A stretch of 64,000 nt of DNA from Syntrophales bacterium (GCA_035363115.1 DAOSEM010000001.1:271356-335355), one strand, 5' to 3'; numbered from the stretch's first letter, positions 50,461 to 60,541 are shown. Numbers and translations are program-made. Notes: a model not told the origin generated them from the sequence alone.

Positions 50461-53400
50461 ACTTCGTCAAGAAATCCCTGAAGTATCCCCAGGTCACCGT
50501 CTCCGTCCTCCTCATCCTGTTTGCCGTCGGCACCTTCTCCCTCCTGGAGATGCCGCGGCGCGAGGACGCCAAGATCCGTATCCGGGTGGGGCAGGTCATT
50601 GCCTTCTACCCCGGGGCCGATTCGCTCCAGGTAGAGGAGCAGGTCACGAAGAAGCTGGAGCAGTACCTGTTCCAGTATGAAGAGGTCCGGAAAGAGAAAA
50701 CGACCTCCACCACCCGCGACGGCGTCGTCCTCATCAACGTCTGGCTGAACGACAGCGTGAAAGACCTGGACGTCTTCTGGAGCAAGCTGAACCACCAGTT
50801 GCTCGTCCAGAAGGCCGTCAGCCTGCCGCCGGGTGTCCAGGGACCCATCGTGAATTTCGAGTTCGGCGACGTGGAGGCGCTCCTGATCGCCATTGAAATG
50901 GACGATCCCGACTATGCCCGGATGAGCGACTGTGCCCGGAAGCTGGAAGACAGCCTCCGGACCCTCAAGTCCGTCTCGAAGATCAGGCGCATCGGCGGCC
51001 AGAAGGAGCAGATCCTCATCTCGGCGGACAGCGCGAAGCTGGAGCGATACGGGATGACCTTCGCGACGGCCATGATGGTCCTGCAGTCGCAGAACACCAT
51101 CGGCCCCGCAGGCGACCTTTCGACGCCGGACTCGCAGGTGCGCCTTTACACCAGGGGATATTACCGGACGGAGACGGAGATCGGCGACCAGATCATCGGC
51201 CTGGCCAGGACCGGCGAGACGGTGCGCCTGAGGGACGTGGCGGCGATCCAGAGGCAGTACCAGGAGCCGGCCTCCCGGGCCACGGTCAACGGCAGGAACA
51301 CCATGCTCCTGGCCGTGCAGATGCATGAAGGCCGCAACATCGTCGAGTTCGGGAAAGAGGTGGACCGGAAGCTCGCCGAAACATCGAGGCTCCTCCCGGC
51401 GGGCGTCAAGCTGACCACGATCGTCAACCAGCCCGCCGTGGTCGCGAAAAACGTCGGCCATTTCCTTCGCGAGTTCATGCTGGCCATCGTCGCGGTCATC
51501 CTGGTCATCGTGCTGCTCCTCCCGTTCCGCGTGGCCGCCGTGGCTGCCATGGCCATCCCCATGACCGTCGCCGTGACATTCGGCGTCATGCACGCCCTGG
51601 GCATCGAGCTGCACCAGGTTTCCCTGGCCGCCCTGATCGTGGCGCTGGGCATGGTCGTGGACGACGCCGTCGTCGTTGCCGACAACTACGTGGAGCTGCT
51701 GGACGGGGGAGTGGACCGGAAGACCGCCGCCTGGCGCAGCGCCTCCGACCTCGTGGTGCCCATCCTGGCGGCGACGGTGACCATCATTGCAGCCTTCCTG
51801 CCGATGACGCTTCTGACGGGCATGGTCGGCGAGTTCATCATCGCCCTGCCCCTGACCGTCTCCATCGCCCTGGCGGCTTCCTTTTTCGTCGCCATGGTCC
51901 TGACGCCGCTCCTCTGCCTGACGTTCATCCGGAAGGGCCTTCACGACCGGGAAGAAACCGGGAAGACGAGCGGGAAAAAAGACCGGTCCCTTCTCGACTT
52001 CATGCAGCTTGGATACGACCGGGCCATCGCCTGGTGCATGGCCCACTCCCGGGTGTCGATCTCCGCCTGCCTCGTCATCATCCTGCTGGCGGTGGCCCTG
52101 TACCAGGCCATCCCCCAGAAATTCTTTCCGGCGGCGGAGCGAAACCAGTTTATCGTGGAGCTGTGGATGCCCACGGGCACGAAGCTGGAGAAGACCGGGC
52201 AGGCCGTCCGGAAGATCGAGGGCATGCTGAAAAACGACAGGCGGGTTGTGAACTATGCCGGCTTCATCGGCATGGGGGCGCCGCGCTTTTATTACAATTT
52301 CATTCCCGAGCCGCCGGGCGCCAATTTTGCGCAGGTGATCGTGAACACGAACACGGACGAGGAGGCGAAGCAACTCCAGCGTGAGTTGAACGCCCGGGTG
52401 GACGGAGAGGTCCCCGAAGGGAGGGTCCAGGCCAGGCTCATGCAGCAGGGAGTCCCCGCCGCCGCATCCGTCGAGGTCCGGATCGTCGGCGACGACATCG
52501 CGACCCTGAAAAGCGCCGGCCGCCAGGTGGAGGACATTCTCCGGGAGACCCGCGCCGCCGCCTTCATCCGCTCCGACTTCCGGGAGGACTATTACGGCGT
52601 CTCCGTCCGGCTCCTGGACAATGCCGCCCGCATGGGATTCACCACGGAAAGCGTTGCCAAGTCCATTTACGCCGGCTTCACCGGTGCGCCCGTGTCGACC
52701 CTCTACGAAGGCAACACGCCCGTGGAGATCCTGCTGCGCCTGGACGAGCGGAGCCGGGGCAGCTTCGACCACCTCAGGAACATGTACCTGCCGTCTCCCG
52801 TAACCGGTGCGGCGGTGCCGCTTCGCCAGATCGCGACGCTGGAGCCGCAGTGGCATCACGGCCGGATCCGGCACCTCAATGGTCTCCGGACGCTGACGGT
52901 TCAATGCGAGCCGGCGGAGGGCATCCTGGCCTCGCAGGTCCTGAAAAAGGCGCGGCCGCAGATATCCAGAATCGCGCTCCCACCGGGATTCCGGATCGAA
53001 TATGGCGGGGAATACGAAAACCAGAGGGAGACCTTTTCGGAGATGCTGGTGGTGCTGGCCATCAGCATTGTGCTCATCTTTCTCGTTCTCCTGTTCCAGT
53101 TCCGCAACCTGAAGCAGTCCTTCATCGTCATGCTGACGATTCCCCTGAGCATGTTCGGGGCGTTTCTGGGACTGCTGATCACGGGCAATCCCTTCGGATT
53201 CACCGCCTTTGTCGGCCTGATCAGCCTGTCGGGCATCGTGGTCCGGAACGCCATCATCCTCATCGACCATGCCAACGAGCTCTGCCGCGGCGGCGCTTCC
53301 ATCCGGACGGCCGCCCTGGAATCAGGAAAAAGAAGGCTGCGGCCCATCTTCCTGACGGCCAGCGCGGCGGCGATCGGCGTCCTTCCCATGATCCTTTCCG

Positions 53401-54956
53401 GGTCGCCCCTGTGGAGCCCTCTGGCCAGCGTGATCGCCGTGGGCATCATGCTCTCCATGGTTGTCTCGCTCCTCCTGGTGCCGGTTCTCTACGCCGCCAT
53501 GATCAAGCCTTCCGGCGTCCTGGCGAAGTCCCCGGCAAGCCTTGAAAGGCCCGCCCATACAGGCCTGCGAAAACAAGTCGCTTCCCTGCTCCTGATCGCC
53601 CTGATTCTATTCCCGGCCGGTGCCGGCGCCCAGGACGGCCCGGAGCGGCTGAACCTGCAGAAGGTTACGGAACTGGCCGTCCGGAACAACCGGCTGCTCC
53701 ATATCAGGCAGCTCCAGGTGGACGAAAAGCGGCAGAAAGTGAGCGAAAGCAGGGTCAAGTATTTCCCCGCCGTCGTGGTCGGCGGCTCGTATCAGTACAG
53801 CAGCGTGGCCGGCACGGTCGATCTCAGCCAGGGATTTCTCGGCACGGTTTCCACGGGCTCGGTCCATCTGCCGGTCCCCTCGGTGGACCTGGCCCTGGAT
53901 CTGAACAGTTACGATGTTGCCAGCGCAGGAGTCCGCTTCTATCAGCCCGTCTCGCAGATCCCGAAGATCCGGTCTGGCGTTGAAATTTCCAAGGCGGACC
54001 TCGCGATTTCGGAAATCGAACAGGCCAAGGCGATCATGCAGGTGAAGCAGGCCGCGGAGAAGCTCTATTTCGGCCTGCTGATCCTCCAGAAGCAGAAGGA
54101 AGAGGCACAGATCAAGCGGACCCTGGCGAAACGGAAGCTTCACGACGTCGAGAGCGCCGTCCTGGCCGGCAAGACGACGCCGTCCAGCCTGGCGGGATTG
54201 AAGGCGGCCGTGGCCGACGAGGAGCAGAACCTTCTGAAGATCCGGATCCAGATCGACGACTATTCCGCCGATCTGAGGCACCTGATCGGCCTGCCGTCCT
54301 CCACTCCGTTCGTCCTTGATCCGGTAACCTTCGATGACACCATATACGAACTCATGCCGGTGGATGCCCTGGCCCGGGAGGCGCAGACCGGCAACAGCGA
54401 TCTGAAAGCGGCGGCCGTTCAGAAAGCCAAGGCCGAGCACGCGATAGACGCCAGCCGGTTCAGCTACCTGCCGGACTTCGGCGTGATGGGCGGCTATACC
54501 TGGCAGGAGGGCAATGCGCACTTCCGGCAGAGCGCGATCCATTCCGGGTTCGATCCGGGGTGGAACGTCCGGGACGCCTTCATCGGCGTCTCTCTCCAGT
54601 GGAACATCCAGGACGCCGTCTCCAACGTGTACGTGAAGAGGCAGCGCCTCGCCCTGAAAAGGCAGGCCGAAGAGAACCTGGCCAACACGCTGGAGCAGGT
54701 GAATGCGGACATCGAAAAGGCGCACCGGAGGGCCTCCCAGGCGGTCGAGCTGATTTCCGTCGCCCGGAAGGTCGTCGACTACCGCCGGGAGGATTACCGG
54801 ATCCAGAAGGACCGGTACGAGGCCGGGCTGAGTCTCGAAGCGGACTGTCTCACGGCGAAGGCGGCCCTCATGAAGGCCGAGTCGGACCTCTTTGCCGCGC
54901 AGCTGAATTACCGGATCGTCGTGACGGACCTGCAACTTCTGTCGGGGAGGCTCTAG
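50457..54956 (+). CDS. RND efflux permease continuing in frame into a TolC-like outer-membrane factor domain (1499-aa ORF)
   Basis: The first ~1020 aa form a 12-TM AcrB-family protein (MNFVKKSLKYPQVTVSVLLILFAVG ... LLLVPVLYAAMIKP). Then comes the basic/hydrophobic segment LRKQVASLLLIALILFPAGAGA-QD. The last ~440 aa carry two OEP repeats (LNLQKVTELAVRNNRLLH..., ALAREAQTGNSDLKAAAVQ...). There is no stop between the parts. Confidence 0.8.
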   Translation: MNFVKKSLKYPQVTVSVLLILFAVGTFSLLEMPRREDAKIRIRVGQVIAFYPGADSLQVEEQVTKKLEQYLFQYEEVRKEKTTSTTRDGVVLINVWLNDSVKDLDVFWSKLNHQLLVQKAVSLPPGVQGPIVNFEFGDVEALLIAIEMDDPDYARMSDCARKLEDSLRTLKSVSKIRRIGGQKEQILISADSAKLERYGMTFATAMMVLQSQNTIGPAGDLSTPDSQVRLYTRGYYRTETEIGDQIIGLARTGETVRLRDVAAIQRQYQEPASRATVNGRNTMLLAVQMHEGRNIVEFGKEVDRKLAETSRLLPAGVKLTTIVNQPAVVAKNVGHFLREFMLAIVAVILVIVLLLPFRVAAVAAMAIPMTVAVTFGVMHALGIELHQVSLAALIVALGMVVDDAVVVADNYVELLDGGVDRKTAAWRSASDLVVPILAATVTIIAAFLPMTLLTGMVGEFIIALPLTVSIALAASFFVAMVLTPLLCLTFIRKGLHDREETGKTSGKKDRSLLDFMQLGYDRAIAWCMAHSRVSISACLVIILLAVALYQAIPQKFFPAAERNQFIVELWMPTGTKLEKTGQAVRKIEGMLKNDRRVVNYAGFIGMGAPRFYYNFIPEPPGANFAQVIVNTNTDEEAKQLQRELNARVDGEVPEGRVQARLMQQGVPAAASVEVRIVGDDIATLKSAGRQVEDILRETRAAAFIRSDFREDYYGVSVRLLDNAARMGFTTESVAKSIYAGFTGAPVSTLYEGNTPVEILLRLDERSRGSFDHLRNMYLPSPVTGAAVPLRQIATLEPQWHHGRIRHLNGLRTLTVQCEPAEGILASQVLKKARPQISRIALPPGFRIEYGGEYENQRETFSEMLVVLAISIVLIFLVLLFQFRNLKQSFIVMLTIPLSMFGAFLGLLITGNPFGFTAFVGLISLSGIVVRNAIILIDHANELCRGGASIRTAALESGKRRLRPIFLTASAAAIGVLPMILSGSPLWSPLASVIAVGIMLSMVVSLLLVPVLYAAMIKPSGVLAKSPASLERPAHTGLRKQVASLLLIALILFPAGAGAQDGPERLNLQKVTELAVRNNRLLHIRQLQVDEKRQKVSESRVKYFPAVVVGGSYQYSSVAGTVDLSQGFLGTVSTGSVHLPVPSVDLALDLNSYDVASAGVRFYQPVSQIPKIRSGVEISKADLAISEIEQAKAIMQVKQAAEKLYFGLLILQKQKEEAQIKRTLAKRKLHDVESAVLAGKTTPSSLAGLKAAVADEEQNLLKIRIQIDDYSADLRHLIGLPSSTPFVLDPVTFDDTIYELMPVDALAREAQTGNSDLKAAAVQKAKAEHAIDASRFSYLPDFGVMGGYTWQEGNAHFRQSAIHSGFDPGWNVRDAFIGVSLQWNIQDAVSNVYVKRQRLALKRQAEENLANTLEQVNADIEKAHRRASQAVELISVARKVVDYRREDYRIQKDRYEAGLSLEADCLTAKAALMKAESDLFAAQLNYRIVVTDLQLLSGRL

Positions 54957-55083
54957 CGGTTCGAGGGGGGATGGATGTTCCATTTCGCCTGAAAATTAAC
55001 AAGGGACTGAAACCGGTTCACTCCAACGCCCATCGGAAACGTTCTTCAAACGCAGGATCCGGCCTTGACAGTGTAAGCGGTGG

Positions 55084-56289
55084 CTACCGATCTTTGCCGG
55101 CAGGGCCTGTGCCTTTTTTCGGGGATGCGGCAATCCGTTGAAATTCCTGTTCCAGACCACTCAGTCCAGTCGCGCTGATGTTCGTATCCAGCGGGTAGGT
55201 TTCTTTGCCTGGATAGACAACCCACAGATGGGCCAGTCCCAGTTCCCGGAAAGCCGAGTGCATGGAGGCGCTGACAGCCGGTGCTTCCGCATATTTGAAT
55301 TCCACTCCCCAGGGTTTTCCCCGGGCATGAAAGAGAAGATCCAACTCTCCCCCGGTGTGTACGGCCCAAAAGAAAACCTCCTCATCGTGGAGCCCTAAAT
55401 GTCGGATCACCTGCTCCAGGGCAAACCCCTCCCAGGAAGCACCCAGGCGGGGATGATAGAGGAGATCGCTTTCATCCCGGACGGTGAGCAAGGTGTGGAG
55501 GAGGCCGGAGTCGCGGAAATAGATTTTCGGCCTTTTCACGAGCCGTTTCGTTGTGTTGTAGAACCAGGGCTGGAGCTGCCGGATCAGGAAGGTGCCCGTG
55601 AGAATGTCCAGATAATGGCGGACCGCCGTGTCGGAAACGCCCAGGCTGCGCCCGAGTTCCGATACGTTCAGGACCTGACCGTGATAGTGGGACAGCATCG
55701 TCCAGAAACGGCGGAGTTGGAGAGCGGGGACCCGGATTCCCAGATTGGGAACGTCTCTCTCCAGGAAGGTCCTGACAAAGTCTTCTCTCCATGACAGGGA
55801 AGCATCCTCGCTTTCCGCCAGGAAAGAGCGGGGAAATCCGCCCCGGACCCACAACCGGCGGTACTCTTCAGGTTTAACGTCCCGGATGGCAAACCCGCCC
55901 AACTCGACGAAGGAGATGCGTCCGGCCAGGGTCTCGGAGCCTTGAGCAATCAAGTCCCTGGAAGCGCTGCCGAGTATGAGGAACCTTCTGGAGACGTCGC
56001 GGTCGACCAGCACCCGGAGAGCAGGGAAAAGATCGGGGCGGCGTTGAATTTCGTCGATGATGACCAGCCCCTCAAGGGGTTCCAGGGTCAACATGGGATT
56101 GGACAGACGCTCGACGACCCTCGGGTCCTCACAGTCGAAATGATGAAACGCCTTCTCCCCGAGGCGATGGGCATACTGCAGGGCAAGGGTGGTCTTGCCG
56201 CATTGACGGGGACCGAGAAGGGCGACGACGGGGACGCCGCGCAGTTTTTCCTCGATTGTCTGTAACTCTTTTACTCTTATGATTTCCAT
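55084..56289 (-). CDS. AAA-family ATPase with C-terminal DUF4143 domain
   Basis: Walker A LLGPRQCGKTT and Walker B LVIIDEIQ. The C-terminal half is typical of DUF4143 proteins (YFRDSGLLHTLL). Start taken at MEIIRV (56287-56289); the ORF track starts at 56307. Confidence 0.8.
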   Translation of the reverse strand: MEIIRVKELQTIEEKLRGVPVVALLGPRQCGKTTLALQYAHRLGEKAFHHFDCEDPRVVERLSNPMLTLEPLEGLVIIDEIQRRPDLFPALRVLVDRDVSRRFLILGSASRDLIAQGSETLAGRISFVELGGFAIRDVKPEEYRRLWVRGGFPRSFLAESEDASLSWREDFVRTFLERDVPNLGIRVPALQLRRFWTMLSHYHGQVLNVSELGRSLGVSDTAVRHYLDILTGTFLIRQLQPWFYNTTKRLVKRPKIYFRDSGLLHTLLTVRDESDLLYHPRLGASWEGFALEQVIRHLGLHDEEVFFWAVHTGGELDLLFHARGKPWGVEFKYAEAPAVSASMHSAFRELGLAHLWVVYPGKETYPLDTNISATGLSGLEQEFQRIAASPKKGTGPAGKDR

Positions 56290-56300
56290 TGGATGCAATA

Positions 56301-56343
56301 GAACCATGAAATTTCTATTTCTGCAAGAGAAATTTCATGGTTC
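56301..56343. repeat. Perfect 16-bp inverted repeat immediately upstream of the ATPase gene
   Basis: GAACCATGAAATTTCT (56301-56316), an 11-nt loop, then AGAAATTTCATGGTTC (56328-56343). The local segment is AT-rich. Confidence 0.9.
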
Positions 56344-56647
56344 ATGCCCGGGGCGAGTCCAGGCGCGACTTGGCAGGCGGACGTCGTTTTCGAACGTCCG
56401 TGGCATGGACAGCGGTTGTCGGGAAGATGCCCCCCGACAACGGTTCATCCCCACGCCTGAGGGGTAAATCTATGTGTCCGTCTATCAGAAGGGGGGTGGC
56501 AAATTTCCCCCACCCTTTAGGTAATCCTTTGTTAAAGCGATTCAATGGACTGCTTCATGTGAATGTATGTTCGGGTCGGATGATTCGTCGTGCATACGAG
56601 AAGCAGCCGGTATTTTCCTCTGCCGATATCCTCAAGATGATCGTTCT

Positions 56648-57517
56648 TTACCGCCCCTGCCGCCCCATCCACCCGTCGATGTAGGCGGCGACTTCCTGCC
56701 AGCCCGGTTCGGCGATGAGGAAGTGGTCGCGGCCGGGAAACTCGCGGTACATGGATACTTTCCCGTATTTGCGATGGATCTTCTGCACGATGGAGGGGGG
56801 CAGGAGGCGGTCCTCCTCCGCGGCGATGGTCAGGACCGGGCAGGTCACCTTCGATTCGTCCACCTGTGTGGCCTTGGTGGTATCGAGGAACCAGAAGCTG
56901 ATCTCCAGGGCCGCCTTCGGAGATTCGTAGGTCAGTTTTTCGAATATCCGTTTCCGCTGATCTTCCGGCACGCGGTGGAAGGAGGAGTATACGGCCCCCT
57001 CGAAGGTCGGGCGGATCGGCTCTTTCCAGGAGCCCCAGCGCCCCATGTTCATCCAGGCGCTCTTGAAGCCGGTCCAGGACAGGGGGTTGACGCCCCGGGG
57101 AAAGGCCGGCGCCACGAGGACCGCCGCCTTCGCCACGCCCCGGCTCGCGAGGATCTGGGCGATGAGTCCGCCCATGGAATGGCCGATGATGACCGGTTTG
57201 GCAGGGAGGGCCCGGATCTCCTTTTCCACGTCCGCCGCATAATCCAGGACGCTCGTGTCCGTAAGGCGTGGATCCGGAGGGGAGCTCAGGGGGATGTTGT
57301 GGTAACGGAGGGTCGGGGTGACGACCTGATAGCCCTGTGCCTCGAAGTAGCTCCGGAAGGAATCCCAGCACCAGGGGCCGGCAAACATGCCGTGAATCAT
57401 GACGAGGATCGGCTTCTCACCCCGCATCTTGCTCGCGGTGTCCGCGGACTGTACCGGGGCCGCTAAGACCACGAGGGCGATCAGGATTGCCAGGGCACCG
57501 TTCACGACGTGTTTCAT
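56648..57517 (-). CDS. Secreted alpha/beta hydrolase
   Basis: ORF trimmed to MKHVVNGALAILIALVVLAAPVQSA, with GGGAGAAAG upstream. HG oxyanion motif ILVMIHGMFAG and nucleophile elbow IIGHSMGG. Confidence 0.8.
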   Translation of the reverse strand: MKHVVNGALAILIALVVLAAPVQSADTASKMRGEKPILVMIHGMFAGPWCWDSFRSYFEAQGYQVVTPTLRYHNIPLSSPPDPRLTDTSVLDYAADVEKEIRALPAKPVIIGHSMGGLIAQILASRGVAKAAVLVAPAFPRGVNPLSWTGFKSAWMNMGRWGSWKEPIRPTFEGAVYSSFHRVPEDQRKRIFEKLTYESPKAALEISFWFLDTTKATQVDESKVTCPVLTIAAEEDRLLPPSIVQKIHRKYGKVSMYREFPGRDHFLIAEPGWQEVAAYIDGWMGRQGR

Positions 57518-57578
57518 GTCTTTCTCCCGGTGAGGTCCCGCGGGATCCCGTGTCCAGCGGAACGGGGAATTGGAAGGA

Positions 57579-58355
57579 TCAGCCGGCGGTCCATGCATAC
57601 ATCAGGATCGCCGCCGCCTGCGGCAGGCTGAGCGATTCGGCGTCGCCCTTCCCGGGGATCGTCCATTGCTCGTCCGCCAGGGCCAGGAGATCCTCCGGCA
57701 GGCCGTGGCTCTCGCTCCCCAGGAGGATAGCCGCCGCACCGCCCGCGTGCGGGGGAGTGCCGCCCGCAGCGACGGCCGCCGCCACGGGGCCCCGTTTTTT
57801 CAGGAGCGGGATCGCTTCCCGGAGATCCACCTCCTCCAGCACATTCAGGTGAAACAGGCTCCCCATGGACGCCCGCACCGCCTTCGGGTTCGTCGGGCTC
57901 ACCGATCCCGGGTCGATCAGGATCGTCCGGATGCCGAACCAGTGGGCAGTCCGGAGCAGAGCGCCCAGGTTGTTCGGGTTGTTCACCTCGTGGAGGCAGA
58001 GAACGGGTCCGGTCTCCCGCGAAAGGACCGCGGACGGCTTCTCCCGCTCGGCAACGGGGACGACGGCCAGAATCCCCTCGGGCTCAACGTCCTGGCTCAG
58101 CCCTTTCCAGTCTTCCTCCCTCACCGCATAGACGGGGGCTTTTTCAGCCAGGGAGTCCGGCAGGGACGGCCAGGATTCCCCGCGATCCTTCCGGACCAGG
58201 ACCGCCGAGACAGGCCGGGCGCTTCGCAAGAGCTCCCGGACCACCTTCACGCCCTCCGCCAGGAACAGGCCTTCCCGCCGCCGGTATTTCTCCAGGCGGA
58301 GCTTCCGCCAGGCCTGGATCTCGGATCGCGAGGGGGCTGGAAAGCGCTCGGTCAA
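57579..58355 (-). CDS. TrmH/SpoU family RNA 2'-O-methyltransferase
   Basis: LHEVNNPNNLGALLRTAHWFG, LLGSESHGLP and ESLSLPQAAAILMY (SpoU motifs 1-3). Confidence 0.85.
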   Translation of the reverse strand: MTERFPAPSRSEIQAWRKLRLEKYRRREGLFLAEGVKVVRELLRSARPVSAVLVRKDRGESWPSLPDSLAEKAPVYAVREEDWKGLSQDVEPEGILAVVPVAEREKPSAVLSRETGPVLCLHEVNNPNNLGALLRTAHWFGIRTILIDPGSVSPTNPKAVRASMGSLFHLNVLEEVDLREAIPLLKKRGPVAAAVAAGGTPPHAGGAAAILLGSESHGLPEDLLALADEQWTIPGKGDAESLSLPQAAAILMYAWTAG

Positions 58356-58370
58356 GGCAGGGGCCTCCGG

Positions 58371-59333
58371 TTATGCCGGCGGGTGCCCGTCGTCCAGGGA
58401 CACGCCGGTGTCTCCCTCCTCGACCGGCTTGGGCCACAGGACGGAGGCCAGGATGGCCGTGAGCAGGACGCCGACGATCACCCCGAGGGAGACGAAGACG
58501 GGGATCTTCACCAGGTGGGACAGGAGCATCTTGACTCCCACGAAGGACAGGATGACCACCAGGCCCCAGTGGAGGTAGTGGAAGATCCGCATCAGACCCG
58601 AGAGGGCGAAGAAGAGGGACCGGAGGCCCAGGATGGCGAAAACGTTGGACGTGTAGACGATGAAGGGGTCCGTCGTGATGGCCAGGACCGCCGGGATGGA
58701 GTCGACGGCGAAGAGGATGTCCGTCGTCTCCAGGGCCAGGACCACGGCGAACAGCGGCGTGGCGTGGCGGACGCCGTCTTTGACCAGGAAGAAGCGGCCG
58801 CCATCGTAGGAGTTGTCCACCGGCATGAGCCGGCGGAGAAGCTTCAGGACGGGGTTCTTCTCCGGGTGGACCTCCCGGTCCTTGCTCACGGCCATCTTGG
58901 CCGCCGTGTAGATCAGGAAGAGACCAAAGACGTAAATGATCCATTCGAACCGTTCGATCAGGGCGACCCCGGCGAAGATGAAGACGGCCCGGATGACCAG
59001 GGCCCCGAGGATTCCCCAGAAGAGGGCCTTGTGCTCATACTGGGCAGGGACCTGGAAGTACCCGAAAATCAAGAGGAAGACGAAGAGGTTGTCGACGCTC
59101 AGCGAATACTCGATCAGGTAGCCCGCCAGGAACTCCAGGGCCTTGTGGTGCCCCTCGAACCAGTAGACGCCCCCGCAGAACAGCATGGCCAGGGTAATCC
59201 AGAAGCCGGTCCACAGGAGGGCCTCCTTGACTTGGACCACGTGGGCCTTCCGGTTGAAAACACCCAGGTCCAGGGCCAGAAATGCGAGAACGAGAATGGC
59301 GAAAACAATCCAGCCGACCACAGTGACTGTCAT
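58371..59333 (-). CDS. TerC/Alx family integral membrane protein
   Basis: EFLAGYLIEYSLSVDNLFVFLLIF and LETTDILFAVDSIPAVLAIT are the duplicated TerC motifs. Confidence 0.88.
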   Translation of the reverse strand: MTVTVVGWIVFAILVLAFLALDLGVFNRKAHVVQVKEALLWTGFWITLAMLFCGGVYWFEGHHKALEFLAGYLIEYSLSVDNLFVFLLIFGYFQVPAQYEHKALFWGILGALVIRAVFIFAGVALIERFEWIIYVFGLFLIYTAAKMAVSKDREVHPEKNPVLKLLRRLMPVDNSYDGGRFFLVKDGVRHATPLFAVVLALETTDILFAVDSIPAVLAITTDPFIVYTSNVFAILGLRSLFFALSGLMRIFHYLHWGLVVILSFVGVKMLLSHLVKIPVFVSLGVIVGVLLTAILASVLWPKPVEEGDTGVSLDDGHPPA

Positions 59334-59348
59334 TTCTTTCTACCTCGG

Positions 59349-60536
59349 TTATGTTTCCGGAAAACCGGCACGGACGGTGTGCCCTGCGAACTGGGAGAGG
59401 TTGTGGATGATGCCCTTCTCCCGGCGGAAGCCGAGGCCGCAGGGCTCCCAGGAAAAGAAGACCCCCGCCTGGTAGAGACGGCCTTCGCCGTCGGCGGGCA
59501 GGTCCGCGAACTCCTGGTAAATGGAGCGGTACGATACATAATCCCCGTCCCTTCTGTCCAGTTCATTTCCCGATGGGTCGAGGATCCGCACGTTGTCCCC
59601 CTCCCGGCTGAAGGTCTTCTTCTCCACGCAGGTCTTCCCGCGGAGCGGATCGAAGGATGTCTCCAGGAGGAGCGGGTGGTCCGGGAAGAGGTCCCAGAGG
59701 ACCTTCAGGATTCCTTTCGACTGGAAGAGGAGCGAGTAGGGTGGGTTCAGGAGGATGACCCTGTCGCGCCGGAGCAGGCCCGTCAGAATCTCCGCCAGTT
59801 CCGGCTCCTCCAGGGCGATGTATTCGTAGGGAAGAAGCTTGTACCAGAAATCGAAGCGGTCGCCCGCTGGATTGTAGATTCCCTCGTCATCGAAAAACAC
59901 ATCGTGGGCATACTCGAAACCGGTGATGAAACCTGCTTCGTAAGCCATCTCCTCCAGGAGGCGGGTCGTGTTCTCGTCTTCGAGGCCCAGGTCCAGGCAG
60001 GAGAAGAGGGCGCAGGGGATGGGGGCGTCGGGGCCGGCAAAGGCCGGGTGGAGATTGCGCATCCGGATGAAGGACTCCTGCAGGGTCTCGTAGAGGCGGT
60101 TGAACTGCCGCTCTTCATCGATGCCGTTGTGGCGGAGGATCATCCACTGGATCAGGGCCGTCTCGAAGATCATTGAGGGCGTGTCGGCGTTGAACTCGAT
60201 GAGCTTGACGGGCTTTCCATCCAGCCCGCCGGCCAGGTCGAAGCGCCCAAGGAGGTGGAAGTGGCGGTCGTCCTCCCAGCTGAGCCGGATCATCTCCACC
60301 AGGTTTTCCGGGATGTCCAGGAGTTCGAAGAGGCCGTGATCGATGACGTGCTGGGCCGCCTGAACGTATAGGCCGTAGAGCTCATCCGCTGCCCGGTAGT
60401 AAGCTTCCCCCTCTTCCTCCGTCACCTGGACCAGCTCCTCCGCCACGTAGTCCAGATTGTCGGGAGACTGGTACCAGTAGAAGCCCACCTTCTCGAAGAT
60501 GGACGGTGGAATGGGATTCACCTGCAGGGTATGCAC
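59349..60536 (-). CDS. Glutathionylspermidine synthase-like ATP-grasp protein (YgiC/YjfC family)
   Basis: LGRFDLAGGLDGKPVKLIEFNADTPSMIFE, GILKVLWDLFPDHPLLL and SREGDNVRI are typical of the GSP-synthetase pre-ATP-grasp family. Confidence 0.85.
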   Translation of the reverse strand: MHTLQVNPIPPSIFEKVGFYWYQSPDNLDYVAEELVQVTEEEGEAYYRAADELYGLYVQAAQHVIDHGLFELLDIPENLVEMIRLSWEDDRHFHLLGRFDLAGGLDGKPVKLIEFNADTPSMIFETALIQWMILRHNGIDEERQFNRLYETLQESFIRMRNLHPAFAGPDAPIPCALFSCLDLGLEDENTTRLLEEMAYEAGFITGFEYAHDVFFDDEGIYNPAGDRFDFWYKLLPYEYIALEEPELAEILTGLLRRDRVILLNPPYSLLFQSKGILKVLWDLFPDHPLLLETSFDPLRGKTCVEKKTFSREGDNVRILDPSGNELDRRDGDYVSYRSIYQEFADLPADGEGRLYQAGVFFSWEPCGLGFRREKGIIHNLSQFAGHTVRAGFPET

Positions 60537-60541
60537 GGCCT

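Noticed and set aside
54957-54975. GGTTCGAGG resembling a tRNA T-loop just after the efflux ORF stop
   Set aside because: No complementary T-stem, acceptor stem or anticodon arm can be formed from the flanking sequence. No other tRNA-like signature was seen in the window.
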